Under the pieces are notes generated by a model, which saw only the letters and a program-made list of their open reading frames with translations, was not told the DNA's origin and ran no database searches. This document shows positions 24,490 through 34,814 of a DNA stretch of 64,000 nt, in pieces. Every line of letters begins with the position of its first letter. Positions within the stretch are counted from its first letter, which is position 1. The stretch lies in NCBI GenBank assembly GCA_043228905.1, contig JBHGNT010000015.1:10416001-10480000 (forward strand), given 5' to 3'. The stretch is from Azolla caroliniana (Eukaryota > Plantae > Polypodiophyta). The position numbers and the translations under genes are program-made.

Positions 24490-27400
24490 CATACACATTA
24501 GCACCAACAGTGTATAAACCGGAGCAGCTATTGTATTCTGACATTGGGACGTTGATGCATCTGACCAAATGAGAGTACATATACGCCGCTGGTTTGTCTT
24601 CTAACAGCCTGTACACATATTCGTAGTCATCTAGTTTTGCATAAAAAATGCCTTCGATGTAGAATGTCCCGGCAGATACAAAATTTCCCCATGCATCTAC
24701 AATATTCTGCCTTGCACACTGTTTACTAACCGTGCACTTTAATATATAGAAATCAGCACCCTCTGAATTGCCTTCTTCAGCATTTACAGCGAAGTTATCC
24801 CCAACGTTCAGGACATCACTCAAAGTATCTCCAAGTCCCTCATATGTGAAGTCAGCATTCTGCCCTGTTTCTCCATCAACTGCTTCCTTATCATTCAGAG
24901 TGTGATACTCCCAATTCTGAATGTATGCTTTGTTTAGACAATATCTCCAATTTCCCTGCACACAATGGAAGCAAAAACAAGTCAATTCTCTAACCGCAAT
25001 ACAATGACCATCCAACCTGGAATAACCGCGAACAGCATGCAGAGATCGCAATTCGGGAATTCCTTGGCACTCCCAGGTCTTCTCCCTATTTACTTCATCT
25101 ATCTTCACTTCCCAAAATTCACGTTTGATATCTCGAACTTGCGAGGAATAAACACCTGTGGCACTCGTCGACATATTTGTTCTTAAAAATTCAACTACAT
25201 GTGATGCACAATTCATGTGCACACCATCTGTCTTTAGTTGTTCATGGGTAAGTGCCCGCTTTATAACAGCCCCTGCACCATCATGTTCACCTTTACCATG
25301 GCCAGACCCAAAAAAATTCCATCTCATCTCCAAACCTGTTATAGCAGGATACCTCCCCACAAAATAAAATGGACGTCGAGCCTTGAATTGTGACGCAGCT
25401 CCGTCAGACCAGACCCAATGTTGAGTAAGCTCCAAACGTTGAGCTAATAACCACTGCCAATGTAACTTAAAACAGTGTTGGACGAACAAGGTATCATGCT
25501 TCTTATCATCGGAAATAAAGAAATGAATTACTTTTTTAACATCACCTGAAACTCGAAAATATGTTATGTGCACAAAAATGGTTACCTGAACTGAACACCA
25601 ATGCATAGATTGAATTTCATTCTGTTGCTTGAAAGTATAATTCTCTGCGAAATCTACTACTGAGACTACTACATCATTTGGGAAATCAGATATGCAAGTC
25701 TTAAACTGATGGGCCTGCCATGAATAAATGAAGTTGTGTTTAATGAACTTTCCTAGAGATACTACAAACAGAGACACCAAATCCCTTGGTTTAAGCATCT
25801 TCCGAACTAGATCCTTTCTTTTACACACCTTTCCTTCGAAATTGGTGTTCACTGACTCAAATAACTTCACAGAGATCAATATTTCACTACTCAATTCATT
25901 TGGACACCACCTAAATCTAGTAGGGCCACAATCTTGACATAAACCCATGACACATTTATGAATATGGAAGATAGCGTCAGATTCTCTCGGACACAATATT
26001 GAATCTAATAAATAACTCATGGAAGAGATAACGTGCTCAGATGATTTACACTCCTCTTGCGGGCTTGATCGACAGATTTGGCACCCACATGTGCAAACTG
26101 TATTAGTTAGGGATGCGCTATGGTGACGTAGTAGATTAACAGAGTCCTTCAGAAAACCCATCTGTACATGGTAAATGCAACAACATGTGTATCGATCCTT
26201 TAAGCGTCTCACAAAGTGTGGCTTAAGAGACTCGAATGTTCGTAGTTGAACTTTGATAGTTGGATGCATTCGTTTGAACCTAATAAATAAATCGACCTGC
26301 GTAATAAAGGGGAATTAGTTATTCTCGTAACTAGCTAACTATCCTAGTAGCTAATTAGCTATTCTAGTAGCTAGTTAGCTATTCTAGTAGCTAGTTAGCT
26401 ATTCTAGTAGTAGATTAGCTATCATGGTAGCTAATTAGTTGTCCTAGTAGCTAATTAGCTATCATGGTAGTTAATTAGCTGTCGTAGTAGCTAATTAGCT
26501 ATCATGGTAGCTAATTAGCTATTCTAGTAGCTAATTAGCTATCATGGTAGCTAATTAGCTGTCGTAGTAGATAATTAGCTATCATGGTAGCTAATTAGCT
26601 GTCCTAGTAGCTAATTGGTTGTCCTAGTAGCTAATTAGCTATCATGGTAGCTAATTAGCTGTCGTAGTAGCTAATTAGCTATCATGGTAGCTAATTAGCT
26701 GTCGTAGTAGCTAATTAGCTATCATGGTAGCTAATTAGCTACTAGAATAGCTAATTAGCTACTAGAATAGCTAATTAGCTACTAGAATAGCTAATTAGCT
26801 ACTAGAATAGCTAATTAGCTACCATGATAGCTAATTAGCTACTACGAATAGCTAATTAGCTACCATGATAGCTAATTAGCTACTACGACAGCTAATTAGC
26901 TATCATGGTAGCTAATTAGCTGTCGTAGTAGCTAATTAGCTATCATGGTAGCTAATTAGTTGTCCTAGTAGCTAATTAGTTGTCCTAGTAGCTAATTAGC
27001 TATCATGGTGGCTAATTAGCTTGTCTACTAGCTAATTAGCTATCATGGTGGCTAATTAGCTTTCCTAGTAACTAATTAGCTATCATGGTAGCTAATTAGC
27101 TGGTCTAGTAGCTAATTAGCTATCGTGGTAGCTAATTAGCTGGTCTAGTAGCTAATTAGCTATAATGGTGGCTGATTAGCTTTCCTAGTAACTAATTAGC
27201 TATCATGGTAGCTAATTAGCTGGTATAGTAGCTAATTAGCTATCATGGTAGCTAATTAGCTAGTATAGTAGCTAATTAGCTATCATGGTAGCTAATTAGC
27301 TATCACGGTGGCTAATTAGTTGTCCTAGTAACTAATTAGCTATCATGGTAGCTAATTAGCTGGTCTAGTAGCTAATTAGCTATAATGGTGGCTAATTAGC

Positions 27401-28543
27401 TATCCTAACTAATTAGCTATCATGGTAGTAGCTATTGAGAGTAGCAAGTTACCTATGTAGTAGCTATCATAGTAGCTAATTAGCTATCATGGTAGCTAAT
27501 TAGCTTTCCTAGTAGCTAATTAGCTGGTAATAACGAAATAGCTAACTAGCTACCATGATAGCTAACTAGCTAGCAGTACAGCTAATTATCTGGTAGTACC
27601 TAAATTAGCTATTGAGAATAGCTAATTAGCTATCATGGTAGTAACTATTGAGAGTAGCTAGTTACCTATGTAGTAGCGATCCTAGTAGCTAACTGAGGTA
27701 AATGTAACTGATAAGCTAATTAGCTTTTCTGCTAACTGAGCTAATTAACTTTCCGAGTAGAGTCAAAACAAATGTTGAGATAAATGTAAATACCTGAGGT
27801 ACATCAAGAAGATGAATGGGATGCTCCTCGTATTGATTTCTTCCAACACGTTTCCTGCATAAATCCTTTTTATTGGGTGAAACCCTACTCTCATTAGTCC
27901 AAAACATTGTGATTACATCCTTGATTTCAAATGTTATGGGTGTCATTGGCTTACATCTTGTAGTTAGCTTTAGTAGACTAGTTCCTTCACCCGAGGAAAT
28001 TATACGGTTCATTGTATTGTACACTGTTTTTCTACTAACACCAATTACCTTAGATAGCTCACTGATGTTTATATCGTCAACATCACTATTAAGTAACATC
28101 ATTAGACTAGACCTTTTTAAGACAAGATCATCTTCTGACCTGCTCATGGATACGAAACTATTACGAAGATTATTTACTAAAATAGATGATATGTTTGCAT
28201 TAAGACCATCACAATCAACTAAGTCCTTTATCGATGGATCATTACATATTCCATAAAGTACTACCTTCTTTTCTTCATTGCTGATGTGCTTGGTTTGAAC
28301 ATTGAAATAGTCTACAACCTTTCTCTCTATGATGGTAGTCGCATTACTTACATTCTCAGCTAAACTATCCTTACCTTTACTGAGTGTGGCTTTCGTATCC
28401 TTCAACAATTGACGATGTTTCCTTTTTTATTCTGCCCAATAGTTTCGTATGGCTTGTTGTGTCCTGATAACATCATCCCTATCCTTATGATCATTGAGGG
28501 GTAATTCTAAACACCCTTCTTCCCCTTCCATTTGGCTAGACAT
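24455..28543 (-). CDS. Sola2-type DDD transposase, 2 exons (28543-27794, 26296-24455), ~863 codons, with one premature TAA at 28427-28429
   Basis: Motifs DFAENY..QNEIQSMHW, ISDDKKHD, WSDGAASQFK, WNFFGSGHGKGEHDGAGAVIKR and Cys-rich segments. The phase-0 GT-AG intron joins DVPQ|VDLFIRFKRMHP in frame. Confidence 0.88.
26330..27745. repeat. Second TAGCTAATTAGCTA array (20-bp period) filling the transposase intron 26297-27793
   Basis: CTAATTAGCT plus a 10-nt linker, repeated. An inverted block lies at ~26741-26890. Confidence 0.97.
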
Positions 28544-28879
28544 GTTAAAACCCTAAATTTCCAGAAAAAAAAACAAGTATTAAAGATGGCTATGGGCAAC
28601 AACAATACACAAAAATATTCCACACAATACACAAGATTAGACACAACAATACACAAGATAATCAATAGACAGAAAAGTTATTGCAATCCAAGACCGAACA
28701 GTAGAGGATTTCACTCTGTTGGATCCAACAGTTGAGGAGGCGATCCAAGACCGACCAATGGCAACAACTGAGTGTAGAATGTTGCCGTTGGATGAGTGAA
28801 CTCCGTCAAATCGAAATGTGGAAGCAATCCGGGACTGGACAGTAGTGGCAACTGAGTATAGAATGATGGCAATGGAGGA

Positions 28880-29612
28880 GAGAACCCCGTCAGATTGAAC
28901 AGTTACCGATGATGCTTGAAACGCACATAGAAGGCACTTGAGAATAGAGTGGCATAGAGAAGAGAACCCCGTCAGATTGAACAGTTACCAATGATGCTTG
29001 AAACGCACAGTAGCGGCCCCTGAGTGAGAGTGGAAAAGAGAAGAGAACCCCGTCAGATTGAACAGTTACCAATGATGCTTGAAACGCACAGTAGCGGCCC
29101 CTGAGTGAGAGTGGAAAAGAGAAGAGAACCCCGTCAGATTGAATAGCTCTTTGATTATGCTTGGAACGCACAGTAGCAACCCCTGAGTGTAGAGTGGCAA
29201 AGAGAAGAGAACCCCGTCAGATTGAACAGCTCTTTGATGATGCTTGGAACGCACAGCAACGGCCCCTGAGTGTAGATTGGCACAGAGAAGAGAACCCCCT
29301 CAGATTGAACAGCTCTTTGATGATGCTTGGAACGCACAGTAATGGCCCCTGAGTGTAGAGTGGCACAGAGAAGAGAACCCCCTCAGATTGAACAGCTCTT
29401 TGATGATGCTTGGAACGCACAGTAATGGCCCCTGAGTGTAGAGTGGCACAGAGAAGAGAACCCCGTCAGATTGAACAGCTCTTTGATGATGCTTGGAATG
29501 CACAGTAGTGGCCCCTGAGTGTAGAGTGTCACAGAGAAGAGAACCCCGTCAGATTGAGCAGCTCTTTGATGATGCTTGGAACGCACAGTAGCGGCCCCTC
29601 AGTGTAGAGTGG
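28880..29612. repeat. ~83-bp tandem minisatellite (~9 copies) upstream of the transposase
   Basis: Unit AGAACCCCGTCAGATTGAACAGCTCTTTGATGATGCTTGGAACGCACAGT..., with shadow ORF starts offset by 83 bp. Confidence 0.93.
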
Positions 29613-30356
29613 CGGCAGGTGGACTCGATAGGGTTTAGCAACAGTGGTAGCAACTAACCCACAGTACTCAACTAGAGATGGCCTACGTGATGTGGCAAAG
29701 GATCATGCATAATGGACCTAGGAATTCGATATATAATTTATGGTACACATTTATGGTGCACACATCAATTTATGTTGCACATTTATGGCACTCATTTACA
29801 TATGTAATTAAAACACTCTAGTATTTTCAATTGTAGTTTTTTGCATACTTAATTTATTAATGATGGCTTTTTACTAAAATGACTATTTATCAATGGTAGC
29901 TTTTTGCATAGCTAATTAGCTATGTCAAGGACATAGCTAATTGTTTCCACTCGCATGCTTTCACCCTACAACATTTTGTTATTGGCATGCATCTCATTGA
30001 CGCACCCACGTGGGTTTCTTCTACGAAAAGCATCAACTACAATTCGAAGAAGGAAGGCATTTTCTCTCTCATGCGGACCGTCGTTCGGTGTTCAACTCCT
30101 GTCCGAGCTGCAGTTTCCTAGCCATCATGCTTGCAATGAAGAACTGCTTCAGATTTCCCCAAGCATCTTTTGGCATCTTGGCATCCCAAATGTAGCCGAG
30201 TAGCTAGTCGTTCACACAAGATGTGAAGTAGTACAGAATTATGCTTCCCGCTTGTTCCCATGTTGGCAAATCCCTATGTGTCAACTCTAGTGCTGCATTG
30301 TTCACTCCTTCCACATAACTCCAATACCCATGTCTGAGCAGTTACTGGTGCATCTT

Positions 30357-30457
30357 TGTTAAGAATTAGGGAAGTAATTAAGCAAGGGTTAATTAGTACC
30401 TAATTATGTGGTTAGTTGATTAGCGGAAGATTAAGTGATGTGTGTGTGTGAGAGAGA

Positions 30458-30501
<44 letters not shown>

Positions 30502-33500
30502 GTTAACACTTATGAACAACACAAGATGGCGGATGAGTAAGTATATTAAATTAGCATTATCATCATCAAATTAAAAAAATACCTTGTATGAGGTATAAAT
30601 GGATCTCATGTGCAATGGTGCACATGTGTGAGTAGAATATAGGTACAAACTTGTAAGTCTTATATTAAATGTACTTGGGAGTGGGGGATCTAGAATTACC
30701 CACTTAAGTACAAGGTCCTATTTAAGGCGTTATAGTCAACAGTTCTAACTAGATTCTATCTTGGTAACTAAGAAGTTACATGGTTGACTAACTAACTAAA
30801 CTAAGTTGAGCTTGATCTCTCAACATGCCCCCTCAAGCTCAAGCATAGGGCATCTGATGTCCGCTTTGGCTTTTAACATTCGGATCTTCGATTCGGTTGA
30901 ATCGGCTTCAGCTTTGGATGGCCGGTATTGTTTCTTCCGGCGTCGACGTTTTTGTGGCAGTTTAGGTTCCTCCCCCTCAAGCCTGTGATGAAGGCTTGTC
31001 GTGCGAAATTGGCCGACTGCTTTCACCTATGGTGGGTTACAAGCCACTTCTGTAGAGCTCTTGGGCTCTTGTTCGGCCGCTACCTTCATCGCGAAGGCCT
31101 AATGATGGGCCATATACTCGTTATAGCTGAGCCGAGTGACGAGATTCTTCTCTCTAGAAGAGCGTCGAAGCTTTTCGCTCGCAGATGTGAGTGCCTTCTT
31201 TACTCCGGGTGTACACATGATGGGTACACCAAACTCACTGTCTAGTGAGGGAGCCAATCCATCCGAGAATCATTGTCGTCGGGGTGGTCGACTTCGTATT
31301 CGGGCATCTTACCTTTGCCTTTGTCCAAGTTCGTACTTGGCTGCGAAATGCGTGGGTCACGTGGGGACTCTTGTGGCCCACTAGGCCTTGCCGTAATCGG
31401 ACTTTCTTCGAACATGTGTTCGAAGCAATCTTCATTTTCTACCTCTTGTTCGGTGGATTCTGGGTCAAGTGGAGTCGAAGTCAAAGTTGTCTCTAGTGCA
31501 TACCAGGATGCGGACTCGCCGAAGACTACGTCTCGACTTACCCGAACTGCTCGGGGAGAAGGGTTGTGGCACTTGTATGCCTTCTTCTTGGACGAGTATC
31601 CTGTGAGGATACATTCATCTGACTTCGTGTCAGGCTTCTGTCGACTTTTGTTTGGGATGCGTACATTCGCAATGCTTCCGAACACCTTGAGGTGCGACAG
31701 GATCGGCTTTCTTCTGACGAGGAGCTCATAGGGAGTTAGCTCATGGACTCCATTGATGGTGCACCGGTTCATGAGATAGACGGTTGTGGATGCCACGTCG
31801 GCCCAATAGAAGTTCGGCATGTGCTTCTCATGTAACATGGCCCGTGCTACCTCGAGTATTTGCCAATTCTTCCTTTCGGCTACTCCATTTTGTTGGGGTG
31901 TGTGTCGGCACGAGAGTTCTCTCAGAATGCCTTCACTTTAGAGGTAGGAGGTGAATTCATCGGAGAAGTACTCCTTTCCTCCATCCGATCGTAGGCATCG
32001 AATGTGCCGACCGGTTTCTTTTTCGACTTGGCCCTTGAGCTTTTGGAAGTGGGAGAACACTTCACTCTTCTTCTTCATCGGGAAGATCCACGCGTAGCGC
32101 AAGTAGTCATCAATGAAGGTGATGTAGAATCGGCATCCGCCGATCGTCGGCGTTTGAGCTGGTCCCCATACATCCGAGTGTATGATGTTGAGGAGGCCTT
32201 TGCTCGCATGGCTCTCCTTCAGGAATGGGAGTCAATGTTGTTTGCCGAGTTGACACGTTTCGCATACTCGATAGACTCGTTTCGACTCGAATGTCGGAAG
32301 TCCGATGACGACTCCCTTTGTTTGCATAGTTCGAAGCCATTGGAGGTTTATGTGGCCGATTCTGTTGTGCCACAACTCGATGCTTGTCTCAGTTTTGAAA
32401 CTTTTAGCGTACATTGCTGATTTCACCTCGTTTGAATCGATGATAAACATTCAGCTGTCTCTCTGCCCCTTCACTATGAGTCGGCCATCTTTCTCGATAA
32501 AACAACCTTCATTGTTGAAGCGGACTTGCATGCCTTGCTCCACGATTTGGCCGACCGAGACCAAATTCTTTGTTATTGTGGGCACGTGCAAGACATTCTT
32601 AATGCAAGTTTGTTCGCCTTCTTTCCCGAATGGGACATTGCCGATGTGTTGAATGGGATGTGTGGTGTCGTCTCCCGTCTCTATGTAGCCGGGTCGATCT
32701 GGTGTACGCAAGTCATTGAACCAGTCTTTGTGGGATGTCATGTGATGTGAGGCGCCGGAATCAACGAACCACACATCTTCCGAATTGGAGGTGCTTGCGG
32801 AGTCGGACGCCATCACAGAGTTCACTCTATGCCTCATTACAAATAGTCCGTCGTAGGCATCGTATTCGGAGTTGGTGGCGTAGTTTGTGAGTTGTTGACT
32901 TGTTGAAGCCAACTCACTTCTCTTTTTCCGACACTCCGCCTCATAGTGGCCGATTTTGCCGCAATAATTGCAAGTTGCGGGCCTCGTTTGCCGACCATGT
33001 TCGGCGTGGAAGCTCCCCCTTCTTCCGAAGGTTCCTTGATGGCTTTCGTGAAGATTTGAGTTCCCTTCATGTGATGGGTCAAATTGACCTCTTCTACCGC
33101 CGGGACCTCGTCCTCGGCCACCGTTCGAATTCAAGAAGAACATTTGTCCTTGTGACGTCTTGCTTTTGGTTCGGACGTGGTTCCTTTGGACCAATAGCAT
33201 TGATTGGAGGTCAAAGAATGGAGGGTTTTCTCTCGCCAAGATTGTCGTCTGTAATGGATCGAATCATTGTGCGAGGCCACCCAAGCATACTTGAACCATC
33301 TCGTCTTCGTCAATGTTTATGTTGATGGAGCCAAGTGAGTTGCAAATTCTCTTGATCTTGGCAGTGTAGTTCGACACGGACATGTCTTTTTGTCGAATGT
33401 TATTCAACTCTTGTTGGAGTTGAAGCTTGCAGGCGGTCGTATTGGCGGCGAACATCTTCTTTAAGTTCTCCCACGCCTCTTTAGGCATCTTGGCGTCTTG

Positions 33501-34162
33501 AATGTGGCTAAGCATGTGGTCGTGGACATATGTTGCCAAGCAATACATTACCCGACTCACTCCTTGCTCCCACGTTGGGTAGTTGGCGTTTGTGATGCCA
33601 GGCTTGTTTTCGAGTGCGCCATTAATGTACCTCCAATACCCTTGGCCGACAAGGTATTGGTTCATCTTGTACTCCCAAGATGAATAATTGCTCCGGTCTA
33701 GCTTTTCACTAGGGAGCGAGCTACCCATTTGTGTATTCATTTTGATGTAGTGTCCTCCATTTTGCTTTTCTTCCTTCGATCACGTACACGTGCTACATAG
33801 CGGCACTATAGTAGTGGATAGCCGGAATTTGTCGTCGGCGTTTCAAACACACAATTATGAAGAGGTGGATGGGCTTAGTGGATGTGCTAAACCACACGCT
33901 CTGATACCATGTTAAGAATTAGGGAAGTAATTAAGCAAGGGTTAATTAGTACCTAATTATGTGATTAGTTGATAAGCGGAAGATTAAGTGATGTGTGTGT
34001 ATGTGTTTGAGAGGAAGAGAGAGAGAGACGAAGTTAACACTTAAGTACAAGGTCCTATTTAAGGCGTTATAGTCAACACTTCTAACTATATTCTATCTAG
34101 GTAACTACGAAATTACATGGTTGACTAACTAACTAAACTAAGTTGAGCTTGATCTCTCAACA
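30357..34162 (-). mobile_element. Ty1/copia deletion derivative (gag-PR-IN, no RT/RNase H)
   Basis: LTRs 30357-30825 and 33910-34162. TSD ATCTT at 30352-30356 and 34163-34167. PBS TGGTATCAGAGC at 33898-33909. Gag 33264-33740, WFVDSGASHHMT, integrase 31242-31838. Confidence 0.93.
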
Positions 34163-34814
34163 ATCTTGTATGTCCAAGATGCATAGTTGCTCCTGTCAAG
34201 CTTTTCTGTCGGAAGGGAGTTGCCCATTCCTCTGTCCATGTTCTTGTCTTTTCCTTCTGTTCAGTAGGCAAAGCTTGTCTCTGTGCTAGTGTGCTTTGTC
34301 GGTTATAGAGGATCTTCAACCTTCACGCTCTAATACCATGTAAAAAATTAGATGTGGAAGCTCGTAGATAGACACAACTGGCTAAGCCGGACAATGTTGT
34401 ATGTATGGCTGGACTAGCCGCAACACAGGTGTCTATCCGACACTTCTCCAAGGGGTGGTAGGGATAGGATGTTAATACACGCGTATGATAATTACACTTA
34501 AGCACAGACGAAGACAAGATTAATCAGCATAAGCAAAACTATATTAATTCTTCGCGCTTTCATTACAAAACATCGGATCCTTTTATAGGCATCCGGCCAG
34601 ATTACAATCGGTGCTCGGTAGGCAACCGTTAACCGAAACCGAATCGGTTCGGATCCGGATCGGTTACAACTACCGGATCCGTCCCTCCTAATAATTCTAT
34701 TCCTATTTCTATATTTATCCGATCCGACCTTGCTTTCCCATTTGCCTTCTCTGACTGGCCAACACATGGCACGCCCGTGGGAAAGTGCATTGCACTTCGA
34801 ACCCACAGCCGGCT

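Larger units (their letters stand above)
17757..29966 (-). mobile_element. Sola2-type DNA transposon, 12.2 kb, carrying a cargo gene
   Basis: 25-bp TIRs GGGT(A/G)AAAGCATGCGAGTGGAAACA (24/25 match). 4-bp TSD TACA at 17753-17756 and 29967-29970. GRG..CYC termini. Removing the element restores the host gag. Internal Sola2-like transposase. Confidence 0.88.

Noticed and set aside
26330-27745. Palindromic repeat with variable linkers as a CRISPR array
   Set aside because: Linkers are only ~6-10 nt and are themselves repeated, and the array lies inside an intron.
28880-29612. CRISPR-like regular array
   Set aside because: Whole 83-bp units repeat with no unique spacers, there are no cas genes, and the context is eukaryotic.
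17757-29966. CACTA, Mutator or hAT assignment, or a 2-bp AC TSD
   Set aside because: No CACTA ends and no 8-9-bp TSD. The transposase motifs and GGG..CCC ends fit Sola2. A 2-bp reading (AC with AGGG..CCCT) is formally possible but does not fit the 4-bp TSD known for Sola.
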